Below, in pieces: positions 50,419 through 62,914 of a stretch of DNA of 64,000 nt. The stretch is taken from contig NC_081375.1 of assembly GCF_030684315.1 (NCBI RefSeq), forward strand, positions 35,019,073-35,083,072, written 5' to 3'. Source of the stretch: Stegostoma tigrinum (taxonomy: Eukaryota). Numbering within the stretch: position 1 is the first letter of the stretch; each line of letters starts with the position of its first letter. The notes under the pieces are model-generated. The model made no database searches. It was given only the letters and a program-made list of their open reading frames with translations, and was not told where the DNA came from. The translations under genes were made by a program, and so were the position numbers.

Positions 50419-51849
50419 GAGGGATCTATGAACATGGACGCCCAGATCCCTCTGTTCCTCCACACTGCCGAGAATCCTGCCATTAACCCTGTATTCTGCA
50501 TTCAAATTCGACCTTCCAAAATGAATCACTTCACACTTTTCTGAGTTGAAGGAGACAATTCTGAGAGATAGTATTTATGATTGTTTGGAAAAGCACAGTT
50601 TGATTAGAAATAGTCAGCATGGCTTTGTGAGGGGCAGGTCATGCCTCTCAAACCTTACTGAATTCTTTGAGGATGTGACAAAACACATCGAAAGAAGTAG
50701 AGCAGTGAATGTGGTGTATATAGATTTTAGCAAGGCATTTCATAAGGTTCCACATGGTATGCTCATTCAAAATGTAAGAAGGTGTGGGATTAAGGAAAAT
50801 TTGGCTGTCTGGATACAAAACTGGCTGTCCGATAGAAGACACAGGGTGGTAGTAGATGTAAAGTATTCAGCCTGGAGCTTGGTGACCAGTGGTGTTCTGC
50901 AAGGATCTGTTCTGGGATCTCTGCTCTTTGTGATCTTTATAAATGACTTGGATGAGGAAGTGCATGGGTGGGTTAGTAAATTTGCTGACGACTCAAAGGT
51001 TGGTGGAGTGGTGGACAGAATGGAGGGCTGTTGTAGGTTGCATCAGGACATTGACAGGATGCAGAGCTGGGCAAAGAAGCAGTAGAGGCAATTCAACCTG
51101 AAAAAGTGTGAAGTGATTAATTTTGGAAAGTCGAATTTGAATGCAGAATACAGGGTTAATGGCAGGATTCTCGGCAGTGTGGAAGAACAGAGGGATCTTG
51201 GGGTCCACGTCCAAAGATCCCTCAAAGTTGCTACCCACGTTGATAGGGTTGTAAAGAAGGCATATGGTGTGTTGGCTTTCATTGGCAGGGAAATTGAGTT
51301 TAAAAGCCTCAAAGTTATGCTGCAGCTACATAAAACTCTGGTTACACCACACTTGGAATAGTGTGTTCAGTTCTGGTCATCCCATTATAGGAAAGATGTG
51401 GAAGCTTTAAGAGCGGGTGCAAAGGAGATTTACCAGGATGCTGCTTGGACTGGAGGGCAGGTCTTTTGAGGAAAGGTTGAGGGAGCTAGGGCTTTCTTTC
51501 ATTGCAACAAAGGAGAATGAGAGGTGACTTGATAGCCGTGTACAAGATGATGGGAGGCATAGATAGAGTGGATAGTCAGAGACTTTTTCCCAGGGTGAAA
51601 ATGACTATTATGAGGGGGCATAATTTTAATGTGATTGGAGGAATGTATAGGGGAGATGTCTGAGGTGGGCGTGAGGAATGTGCTGCCAGCAGTGGTAGTG
51701 GAGTCAGATAATTTAAAGACTTTTACGCGACTCTTGGGTAGGCACATGGTGGATAGTAAAATGTAAGTATGCAGGGTAGTTTGATCTTAGTAGGATAATA
51801 GGCCGGCACAACATCGTGGGCCGAAGGTCCTGTACTGTGCTGTACTGTT
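50419..51849 (+). mobile_element. CR1 LINE (RT to 3' tail) with 5' inverted duplicated segment
   Basis: SQHGFVRGRSCLSNL..YIDFSKAF..SGVLQGSVLG..KFADD; 50419-50550 is the reverse complement of 51092-51223. Confidence 0.92.
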
Positions 51850-51858
51850 AAAACTTAC

Positions 51859-51946
51859 CAACTAACACAGACCAGGACCTGATACCAGGAGATCTTTTAA
51901 GATGAAGGATTGAATCTGTTTGCTCCTCAATAACCATGTATGCCAT
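51859..51946 (-). CDS. CYBC1: CYBC1 first coding exon
   Basis: MAYMVIEEQTDSILHLKRSPGIRSWSVLVG, compared with human LHLKRAPGIRSWSLLVG; GTAAGT donor. Confidence 0.96.
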
Positions 51947-53099
51947 CTCCACGAAAAGCAGGATGTACGAGCAGAAGTACTGACGACAAGTTTTCAAAAG
52001 ATGCTTTCAAATGAATCTGCAATACGAAAATAAAATTACCTTGCAATGAATAATTAGAGAGAAAATATGATAAACACTAATTGCAATGAACGTTACACGA
52101 CTTTGCAATAACATTTGACATAAACTCTCTTACATTAGCAATATTAAATAATCCAAAATGTATTGCATTCTGGGAAATGGTTGTGAATGCTTCCAATAAG
52201 CCACTAATCTAACATTTCATGAATTTAACATTATTCTGCACCTTCTGAAGACATCCATACCAGTAAATCCAGTTCTAAAAAGCACATTGTACTAATACAT
52301 CATGTAGAATATGCAAAATAAAATTTCAATTCTCAAATCAATGCATTTTATCCCCTCCTGCAGTACTTACAAATTATACAGCAGTCCTACTCGATGTTTT
52401 TACATTAATGTTCTACTATATCCAAATGGTGTCATTTTTATAGATAATGTTTATATTACATTGAAGGAGTATTTCATGTCCACTACAAATGTGTATGTTC
52501 AGCATGCTATTAAGAGGTATAATCTTACATTCATTAACACAATTTGCTTCTCTTCTTCATTTCTCCATCTAAATAATGAAGCAGCCTGAAATCAGATTCA
52601 CTGACTGTACCAACAATCACATGTTTTATTTCTTGTACAGACTGACTGTCTGGTGTTTGGAACATTGTGCTTTATAGCTCTTTATAGAGGCACTAATGGA
52701 TCTCCTGGCACGTTGCTCATCTCGACAAGTCATTTTTGTTTAAATAATGTTTCCCTTTCTGCAACATTTCAGTCTGATCACAAACATTTTCTGCACCCCT
52801 CATGTTATTTTGTTGTTTACAATCTTTCTGTCTCGCTCTTTGTGACTCCAACATGCTTTTTCTCATTCGTTCTGAATTTCTGTCTCTACTTACTTCATTC
52901 TTCTCTGGTAATATGGAGGAAAATAATTGAATTAATTTACTTAACTATTTGACTCTGCTGTTTCCAGTTAGAATGCTGTGGCATTTTGTGAATGTTGCTG
53001 CAAAGGAATTTTTCAGCAAATGCATCCAAACACAAATGTTACTTTGCTTGATATCACTCTTGGATATTTTACAACTTATATACATATATGTTATAGGAC

Positions 53100-54650
53100 C
53101 TTCAATACAATAAAGCATAACAAAATGCTTCACAGAGTATGATGAATTTAAATCCAACAATGAACAACAAGGTTAACTTGGTCAAAGACCATGTTTGTAA
53201 GGAGGATCTTGAAGGAGGAAAGCAAGGTAGGGACATTACGTAGGGAGCTTCAAACCTAGGGTCCAGGCAGCTGAAGGCACAGACAACAATGGTGGAGGAA
53301 TTAAAAACTGTGGATGTTCAATAGGCTAGAATTATCGGTGCACAGATCTTTCAGGGTAGGTGTTAGAGGAGATGTGGAATCAGTGTAGATCAGTCCATAA
53401 GCGATGATGGTGGACAGGACTTAGCACAGAAAAGGATATGGGCAGCAGGGATTTGGATAGCCTCAAGTTTACAGAAGGTTGAATTTAGGACACTGTTCAG
53501 ATAGTCAGGTCTTGAGGCACATTCTAGGGTTTTAGCAGCAGATGACCTGAAGCAAGGTGGAACAGGACAATGTTACAGTGGTGACATTAGCCAATCTTAG
53601 TGATGGCAAGAATACGTGGCCCTGTGCTCATCTCATGGTCAAGTATTACACTAAGGTTCGAAACAACACAGGCAGTTGCTGGGAAGAGGGATAAAGTCAG
53701 TAGCCAGAAATAAAAGAGAGTTTGTTGTGGACACCAAAGACAACAGCTTCAGTCTTCCTGGCAATTAATAGGATGAAATTCTGCCCCTCAGATAAGCAGC
53801 CTCTTGAGGTGAAGCTGTGTGTTGTCGGCATAAGTGTGAAAACTAATGCAATACTTGCGGATGATGTCACTGAGGGGCAACATGTAGATGATAAATGGAA
53901 GGGGGGCAAGTTAGGAATGGGGAGTGTAGCCAATGTGGGTTAAAATCTTGATATGATTGGATTGAAAAGAAAGGAAACCAGGCTCACCCAGCTGGCAGCC
54001 CAGTGGAGAAGCCTCAGAGAAAGATGGTGAGGTGAATAATATCAAAAGCTGCAGACGGGTGGGGAAGGACAAAGAGCGATAGTGTATCTTTGTCGCAGTC
54101 ACATAGGATGTCATTGGTCTTCGTGGCTGTGGCAGGAGTGGAAGTCTACTGGGAAGGAATCAAACATAGACTTCTGATAAAGATGAAGAAAGAATTAGGA
54201 GGTGACAACAAGTTCAAAAACTTAAGAGAGAAGTTAATGATGGAGCTGTAACTTATAAGGATGGTGGAGTCAAGTGCTGGCTTTGAGGAGAGAGATGATG
54301 ACAGCAGACTTGAAGTGTGAAGGACAATATCTGAAAGAGAATTGTCGATACTATGTGTTAACATGGAACCAGAAAGGGAAGTTGGGTGGACAGTAGTTTA
54401 GTGGCAATAGGGACAAGAGTGGGACTCTTAGGCAAATGAGCTTTGAGAGGACATTTTAGGTGATAGTTTAAAAAGAAGAAAATTATACCTGTTTAGGGTT
54501 AGGGTGAGGTGAGCTTTAGAGAAAGCCGGGCCTGGTGAACTTGAGACAGGAAAGGAAGTTGCACAGGCAGCTGATCAAATTGTTTCAATCTTAGTGGAAA
54601 CAGAGTGTATGATAGATATTTTGTCACTGAGAGCTCCACACACTTAAGAG
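53100..54650 (-). mobile_element. L2-clade LINE, ancient
   Basis: Minus-strand remnants of SAAFD-I-H (tctgcagcttttgatattattcac), TLMPTTHS (frameshifted YADD region) and KTEAVVFG. Confidence 0.6.
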
Positions 54651-55203
54651 ATAAGACAAGATGGGGTGAGGGGTTCTAAAAAGATGGTGTGCAGTAATGG
54701 AGATACAGCAATCATGCCAACTGATTCATTTGAAAAGTTTCTTTTATTATTTTTCTGTTAATTTTACCTAACATGATGAGCACAATTTCATGCAAGATAT
54801 AGTGCATTATTTTCTGTCAGTTACTGAAGTTCCAATTGGTGCAATGCGATGCTGCAGTTTGTGATGTGCTTCAATTTAGGTTTACTATCTTAAGTTGTAC
54901 AATTACGTTTAAACATACAATTGTCAAATAAATTGGTCAACAGCTTTAATTTTTTGTAGAAGAATTTCCAGTATTCATTGTTAGCTTTCCATCAATACAA
55001 AGGCATAAATAGACTAATAAAGGGCTTTAATAATTTCCTTTACATTTAATGACTGGCTGCCGTTATTGTGAGCACTACTGCATTAAGTCCATATCTTCTA
55101 TCTCATCGGTCAAAAACTCCAGATATAAAAAATAAAATAGACTTGCTCATTCTTCAGTATGCAAGGGTTTTGGTTTGTTTAAACATTGAAGCCTAGAAGC
55201 TAA

Positions 55204-56156
55204 GATAAAGAAGTGTACAACTGGATGAACACAACAGGCCAAGCAGCATCTTAGGAGCACAAAAGCTGACATTTCGGGCCTAGACCCTTCATTAGAAAAG
55301 GGGAGGGGGAGAGGGTTCTGAAATAAATAGGGCGAGGAGGAGAAGATAGGTGGAGAGGAGAGACAGACAAGTTAAAGAGGCAGGGATGGAGCCAGTGGAG
55401 GTGAGTTGTAGGTGGGGAGGTAGGGAGGGGGATGGGTCAGTCCAGGGAGGATGGACAGATCAAGGGGGCGGGATGAGGTTAGTAGGAAGAAAATGGGGAT
55501 GCGGCTTGAGGTGGCAGGAGGGGATAGGTGAGAGGAAGAACAGGTTAGGGAGGCAGGGACGAGCTGGGCTGGTTTTGGGATGCAGTGGGGGCAGAGGAGA
55601 TTTTGAAGCTTGTGAAGTCCACATTGATACCATTGGGCTGCAGGGTTCCCAAGCGGAATATGAGTTGCTGTTCCTGCAACCTTCGGGTGGCATCATTGTG
55701 GCACTGCAGGAGGCCCAGGATGGACATGTTGTCTAAGGAATGGGAGGGGGAGTTGAAATGGTTCGTGACTGGGAAGTGCAGTTGTTTATTGCGAACCGAG
55801 CATAGATGTTCCGCAAAGCGGTCTCCAAGCCTTCGCTTGGTTTTCTGCAAAGCAGTCCCCATGCCTCACTCACCAAACCTACACTCACCTCTCCTGGCTC
55901 CATCCCTGCCTCTTTAACTTGTCTGTCTCCTCTCCACCTATCTTCTCCTCTATCCATCTCCGATCCGCCTCCCCCTCTCTCCCTATTTAATTCAGAACCC
56001 TCTCCCCCTCCCCTTTTCTGATGAAGGGTCTAGGCCCGAAACATCAGCTTTTGTGCTCCTAAGATCCTGCTTGGCCTGCTGTGTTCATCCAGCTCTACAA
56101 TTTGTTATCTCGGATTCTCCAGTTTCTGCAGTTCCCATTATCCCTGATACAATTTT
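55204..56156 (-). mobile_element. 5'-truncated family A Penelope with inverted terminus, 14-bp TSD
   Basis: KTKRRLGDRFAEH..RLQEQQLIFRLGTLQP; 55853-56110 inverts the terminus; agcctagaagctaa at 55190-55203 and 56157-56170; hammerhead core at 56018-56045 (+). Confidence 0.92.
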
Positions 56157-56339
56157 AGCCTAGAAGCTAATGTTGGTGATAATAGGAGATAGGCATTTAA
56201 CATGTTTATACAATATGTCTTGCAGAGGCTATAAATAGTTTAAAATGAAGGTGTTGATGCTAACATTATAGTGAAGGGTGAGGAAATCTTACACCAATAC
56301 AGCAAGAAGTCATTTGCTAATATTGGCAACATTAATTAG

Positions 56340-56880
56340 TTAGGCCACTTTTGGAAAACTGCATTCAATTCTGATCTCCCTGCTATAGGAAGGATGTTGT
56401 GAAACTTAAAAGCATTCAAAAAAGATTTACAAGGATGTTGCTGGTGTTAGAAGGTTTGAGCTATAGGGAGAGGCTGAATACACTGGGGCTATTTTCCCTG
56501 GAATCTGAGGGGGTGAACTTATAGAGATTTATAAAATCATGAAGGGCATGGATAGGGTAAATAGCAAAGGTCTTTTTCCCGGGGTGGGGGAGTCCAAAAC
56601 TAGATGGCAGAGATTTAAGATGAGTGGGCAAGGATTTAGAAGAGACCTAAGGGACAACTTTTTCACACAGCAGGAGGTGCGTGTATGGACTGAGCTGCCA
56701 GAGGAGGCAGTGGAGGCTGGTACAATTACAACATTTAAAAGATATTTGGATGGGTATATGAATGACAATGGTTTAGAGGGATGTGGACCAAATGGAATTA
56801 GATTTGTTTTGGATATCTGGTCAGCATAGACAAGTTGGGCTGAAGGAGCTGTTTCTGTGCTGTACATCTCTATGATTCTA
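56340..56880 (+). mobile_element. CR1 LINE 3' fragment
   Basis: NFFTQQEVRVWTELPEEAVEAGTITTFKRYLD. Confidence 0.88.
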
Positions 56881-58065
56881 ATTCCTGATTTGAACAATTG
56901 CCTACCATTACAAACAACAGCTGAAAATCAAGATCTGATCTTTCCCAATCTTCATGTGAATGCTGCCCTTTTAAGATATTATTTATGAAGAGGATTAATT
57001 ACATATGTATGTTAATAATATTCAATTTTAATCTCCTACTACTTTTCATTACTGACTCTTGATTACATTATGTGAAACTTCTTCAGCAAAACACATGGTA
57101 AACCAAAGACATCTTGCTTTTCTCCAAAGATCCTTTGTTTTCGATTCCACCCTTCTCCTCAAGCTTAATTAAATCATGTTCAGCATCAGTTTTCTGTTAG
57201 GCCCAGAGCTGAGCTTCAAATCCTACAAGTCTTTCTATCTCTAAAAGTCTACAACAGCTAATACTTTGAAAATATCATTACCTTGTCCTTTTGGTAAGCA
57301 TTTAAATGGCCCAACAAATGGAAGAAAGCCAATATGTTTGTTATTTCCTTTAAGTAACTGAAACTATACTGTGACTCCATAATCTCTTCCTACAGTGAAC
57401 AATAGAAGCATCACAGCACTACTCAGTTTAAATTTAAATTTTTGAACAAAATCAGTTAATGAAAGATGCAAAGAACTATGATATTACAAACACATACCAC
57501 AAACAGAAATTCATCTAGTTACCTGTTTAGAATGAGAACAGTAAATTTTTGCAGTCTGACACAAAACCATTACTTTGATTGCATGCAGTGACTCTGTTGC
57601 ATTATTTTCCAGTGTCTGATCCTAAGTACTCTACATTAACTTTCTACATAGATTCCAGTCAGCTTGACGCGCTTCTATAATTGAATCATGAAATTAAATA
57701 AGAGAAAAAATTACAAAGGATATGAGGAAAGCACTTAGCAGTCTACTCTATCCCAGCTCTTGTTATTGGCAATCCAGTTAGTCCCACTCCCCATTCCATG
57801 TCTCTCACCCAGCAAATCTCTTCTTTCAAGCAATTATCTAGGTCACTTTCAAAACTCACCACTCCTTTCAAGCAGTGTGTTCAAGATCGTAAATTCACAT
57901 TGAAGTGCTTTCCCTCATATTTCCATTGGTTCTTTTGCCCATCAAATTAAATTTGATGTTTGGATTACGGAGTACAGAAGCGGTCCTTCAGCTCATCAAA
58001 TCCTCTGGCTGTAGACCAAAAGGAACAGTCACTGTCCCAATCACTATATCTAACCCTCTCAAAGA

Positions 58066-59390
58066 GTCATAGAGCTGTACAGCACAGAGAAAGACCATTC
58101 AGTCCAACTCATCCATGCTGGCCAAACATCCTAAATTAATCTAGTCCCATTTACCAGCATTTGGCCCATAAACCTCCAAACCCTTCCCATTCAAATAGCC
58201 ATTCAGATGTCTTTTAAATGTTGTATTTTTACCAGCCTCCACCACTTCTTTTCACAGCTCATTCCATACACATACCATCATGTATGAAAAAATTGCCCCT
58301 TAGGTCCCTTTTAAATGTTTACCCTCTCACTTTAAACCTAAGTCCTCTAGTTCTGAACTTCAAAAGACCTTGACTATTCACTCTACCCATGCCTCTCATG
58401 ATTTAACTTCTAAGGTCATCCCTCAGCCTCCAACGCTCCAGGGAAAACAGCTCCAGCCTCTGCCTATAGCTCAAACTCTCCAACCTTGGCAACATCCTTG
58501 CAAATCATTTCTGAACCATTCCAAGTTTCAAAACATCTTTCCTTCTGCAGGGAGACCAGACGTGAGCACGGTATTCCAAAAGTGGCCTAACCAGTGTCTT
58601 TTACAGCCACAGTATGACCTCTCAATCCCTACACTCAATGCACTGACCAATAATGGCAAACATATTGAACGCCTTCTTCATTATTCTGTCTACCTACAAC
58701 TCCACTTTCAAAGAAATATGAACCTGCAGTCCAACTTTGTTCAGCAAAACTCCCCAGGACCTTACCAGTAAGTGTATTAGTCCTGCCTTGATTTGCCATA
58801 CTGAAATAAAGCACCTCTCATTTATCTAGATTAAGCTCCATCTGCCACTGCTCAGCCCATCTGACCAAGGTCCTGTTGTACTCTGAAGTAACCTTCTTAG
58901 TTGACAATTGCACCACCAATTTTGGTGTCATCTGCCATACCTCCTATATTCACATCCAAACCACTTCGATAAATGATGAAAAGCAGTAAACCTAGCACCG
59001 AGCCTCGCTGCACACCGTTAGTCACAGGCCTCCAGTTAAAAGAATCAACCCTCCACCGTCACCTTCTGTCTCCTACTTTCGAGGCAATTTTGTATCCAAA
59101 TGGCTAGTTCTCTCTGTATTCCATGTGATCCAGCCTTGTTAATCAGTGTACATGCAGAACTTTATCCAACACCTTACTGAAGTCTATATAGACAATGTTC
59201 ACCGCTCTGCCTTCATCAATCCTCTTCATCACTTCCTCAAAAAACACAATCAAGTTAGAGAGACACGTGTTCCCAGGCACAAAGCTACATTGACTATCAC
59301 TAATCACTCCTTGCCTTCCCAAATACATGTAAATCCTGTCCCTCAGGATACCTTCCAACAACTTGCCCTCCACCAATGTCAAACTCACTG
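58066..59390 (-). mobile_element. CR1 LINE RT to 3' end, decayed
   Basis: SLTLVEGKLLEGILRDRIY..CLSNL..VYIDFSKVLDKV. Confidence 0.88.
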
Positions 59391-59886
59391 ACCTTGATTT
59401 CGAACAGCCCTAGTAAATCTGTTACAACTCTTTCTATCATTTCAATATTCTGAAAATCAAACAAACACCTTATATATTAGAACAACTGTGACCACATTTG
59501 ACAATAACTTATTCCTCAACCCCTATTGTTGTCATTCTGCATTAGCTTCGTCTCCTAGTGCACCAAGTCTAAAACTATTGTTCTTATTTACAATTTCCAC
59601 CGCAGCCTTACTTCACTACTTGTACAATATCTATCAGTGCTTTTACCAAGCCATCTCTACAGCCCTCTGACTGATTCTGTGTTACCCACCTAAGTAGTTC
59701 TCATTTTTCAGATGGTAGATTTTTCAAGTACATAGGTTATACATTCTGCAATTAGTTCCTGAACCACCCCTCTACCACACATCTTTAAAAAGTCTCCTAA
59801 GAAAGTACCTTCTTGACTATGTTCTTTCTCAATTCTCCATACTAGCACTCGTTCCATTTTCTCAGATGTAAAATGTAAGCTACAAA

Positions 59887-60126
59887 GAGAATCCAAGATA
59901 ATAAAGAGCGGAGCATGATGAACACAGCAAGGCCCAGCAGCATCTCAGGAGCACAAAAGCTGATGTTTCAGGCCTAGACCCTTCATCATCATCATCTGAT
60001 GAAGGGTCTAGGCCCGAAATGTCAGCTTTTGTCCTCCTGAGATGCTGCTTGGCCTGTTGTGTTCATCCAGCTCCACAATTTGTTATCTTGGATTCTCCAG
60101 CATCTGCAGTTCCCATTATCTCTGAT
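59887..60126. mobile_element. Fold-back Penelope-terminus element (family A)
   Basis: ~105-bp inverted arms around a (cat)n spacer; CTGATGAAGGGTCTAGGCCCGAAATGTC at 59996-60023; flanks ctacaaa(g/c)agaa. Confidence 0.9.
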
Positions 60127-60567
60127 CTACAAACAGAAGTCTGTTATTTTTAAATTGTATTACAACTAACAGGAAAAGATTGTATCTTCAGCATCTAGAA
60201 ATTTCCCAATGGATGATTAGCTCATGCCATAATAATTCTTTGACAACTCATGTCGAACCAGGAACTGTACATGTCTTTAACCATTTTGTTTCTCTAATCT
60301 CCATCAAAGCACTCTTGACTTACATTGCACCTTTTAATAGCATGGATTACATTTTACATGTACTGAATATTAAGATGTCAATTAATTCACTGCTGTAAAG
60401 CAGATATTTCAATACAGTTCTTAATTCTAATCATCCTTGCTTGGAATAATCCGTTTTTTAATGCTTTGTGACTGTTGAGTTCATCATAAGAGGCTTCCAT
60501 CTTCACATAACAGCAATTTATGGTTTTCTATTAAGGTAATGGTCAAAACACCACTAACAGTGCAGGA

Positions 60568-60645
60568 ATAGTAGGAACTGCAGATGCTGGAGAATGTGAG
60601 ACAACAAGGTGCAGAGCTGGATGAACACAGTGGGCCAAGCAGCTT
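60568..60645 (-). mobile_element. Family A Penelope-terminus fragment
   Basis: gtaggaactgcagatgctggagaatgtgagacaacaaggtgcagagctggatgaacacag. Confidence 0.75.
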
Positions 60646-61349
60646 CAAATATTACTGATTTGCTGTTTACCAGTAAAATCTAAGGCTTTCCGAAGAACGT
60701 ACACAGCACTAAGACACTACATCATCAGAAGCTAATTTGTTGAATGCAATTAGTTAAACTCGTTTAAGACAAGAAAATATTAATATATTGAGGCTGAAAG
60801 TCAGCATGGTGATGATGACAATCAATGAGCACTTTCACGTGCAAGAATCCAACCTGCCTTTGGGACACTCATGGTCTCGAGTCCCAACAATGTGATGCTG
60901 AAAGACGAGACAGTTGAGTTTTATTTTGTGTTCGTTCTGCTGTCTCTTTCCTAATCTGCTCTGACTGACTGAATGAATGATGTGGAACTTGTGATTTCGA
61001 AAGCGCTGCTGGCATCAAGAAATCTGAAATCAGAACATCAACTTGAGATGTGTACAAACCAGCGAGGTATTGAATGAAACTTATTTACTCCTAATTTTCC
61101 ACAGTGCACAGTGAGCCTCACCTTAAAGACAAATATGTAAATGTTGAAGGAAGACCCATGTAGTTTTAAATCATGTTCGGTAACAAAGTAAGAAAAGCGT
61201 TTGTAATTCAGACGTACACGGAACTTATTGAATGGCGCGCTATCAGTTTTAGATGGAAATACACATCTAAAGCAACAACGATATACATTTACAGTTCTAA
61301 AGTAAAACCCCGATCTTTGGAGTATTTTTGTATTTAAAAAGATGAACAA

Positions 61350-62580
61350 AAGCCATACCACGCGTTCGGTAGCTCTTCCTCAACGCATTGAGTCACTTGG
61401 GAGGCGTGGAAGTTTGTGCATGTATTCTTCCTCTTCCTTCTTGGAGATCTTTCACTTCTCATTGGCTCAACCCCCGTGTGCCTTTTGTCCAATGGGGAGG
61501 TGAATTCAAATTAAATCTCCCAGCCTTCCGGGATGATCGCCATACAGGGCTTCACAAAAGCTTCCTTTCAGCCTATCTTCATGGTTAGAATGCCTGCCTT
61601 GTAATTAACATGTGGGAGTTTACAACAGGTCAGAGTTAGAAACCATTAAACTTTGATAGAAGGATGCCTCACTCTTATGTGAAAAGGCCAAGCTGAGGGT
61701 GGGTTCGCTCTGCGTTATTTCAACTTCATGCTTGTTTTTTTCTTTATTTGGAAAAGTGGCGCAAAAGCTGAGGGTTCAACCTGAAAATGTTTTCCTGAAG
61801 CTGTGTGAGACAGGCATCCAGGGAGGTACTGAAGCTAACTGCGGGGTGTGGGTGGGGAAGATATGCGGAAGGGAGGAGAACTGAAACCTCCCCCAAGTTG
61901 AGCTCTGCGGCCAATACGTGCTATTTGTCAGGTTCGCAATGTCGCTGCGGGGGGAGGCGGCTCCAGTCTCAACTGCGGCAGACAGATAGGCTGACTTCCT
62001 CAGAACGGGGGCTGTGCCGGAGACAGTGACACTGTACTCGGGGAGGGATTAGCAACTGAACGGAAGGAGGAAAAAAATGATATTTTAACAGCCGACGCTT
62101 CTTTCTGACATGTCGGTGCGATCTCTCATTTCTGGCGTTTACCTCCTGCAGATTGTAATCTGTGGACACGATCAGCTGGAATAATTTGGAAGTCCTCTAC
62201 ACGCGAAGGTAATTTCATTTTGTCCTTCGTGCGTCCATGGGATCTGACTAGTTATATGCGTCGGGCTGCTATGTGTGATGCATGCGTGTGTGTGTGTGTG
62301 AGTGTGTACCGGGGGAGTAGGGAAATGCTCACGGCCCCTGACCAGAGGACCATATCGGGGTAGTTACTACAATTTGCAGGTGTGTTTTGGGGGGGGCTCT
62401 GGGTCTTGTGGCTCCAGGGTTGAATACCAGCGCCGAGCTCTGGGAAACCCCGCGTGCGTGGTCCACAACTTCAAAGGAGTCTGTCTCTTTGTGTATCCGC
62501 AGGCTTGTGTTATTGAAGCCGACTCCTGCCAGATCCGCGTTGTGGTGGAGTGAGGAGGAAGAACAGGCCCGTCGGTAGAC
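61350..62580. promoter_or_regulatory. CpG-rich divergent promoter region, CYBC1/NARF
   Basis: CpG enrichment, CCAAT boxes (61461, 61489, 61911), AP-1, ETS and IRF-like motifs; lies between divergent genes. Confidence 0.6.
62286..62307. repeat. (GT)n microsatellite
   Basis: gtgtgtgtgtgtgtgagtgtgt. Confidence 0.85.
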
Positions 62581-62607
62581 ATGAAGTGTGATAAATGTAC
62601 TAAAAAT
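62581..62607 (+). CDS. NARF: NARF coding exon 1
   Basis: MKCDKCTKN|GTAAGA, compared with human MKCEHCTRK; probable acceptor at 62501-62502. Confidence 0.9.
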
Positions 62608-62737
62608 GTAAGAAAAATCCTTTGTCCTTGGCTTAGTTTGTTTTCTTGGCCTTTGACTTGTGGCGGTGCTGATATGAGTCGTTTAAAGGGGTTTCTGTAC
62701 GAAATATTGTTGAATTCTTATTCATGTTTTAATGTAG

Positions 62738-62818
62738 AAATGCACTAAAAAACAGAAAAATACTGAAAACGAAAGTCTGGTCAACGACTCGAAGAGTCCC
62801 ATCAGCGACAATGACGAG
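62738..62818 (+). CDS. NARF: NARF coding exon 2
   Basis: KCTKKQKNTENESLVNDSKSPISDNDE; 81 nt, AG/GT. Confidence 0.88.
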
Positions 62819-62914
62819 GTGAGGCCACACAGAGAAGTGAATATTTTGTCTTTTTTGCGGGGGGGGTGACTATTAAGATAGTTTTATTATCAAATGCGCT
62901 TTGTGTTTTTACAG

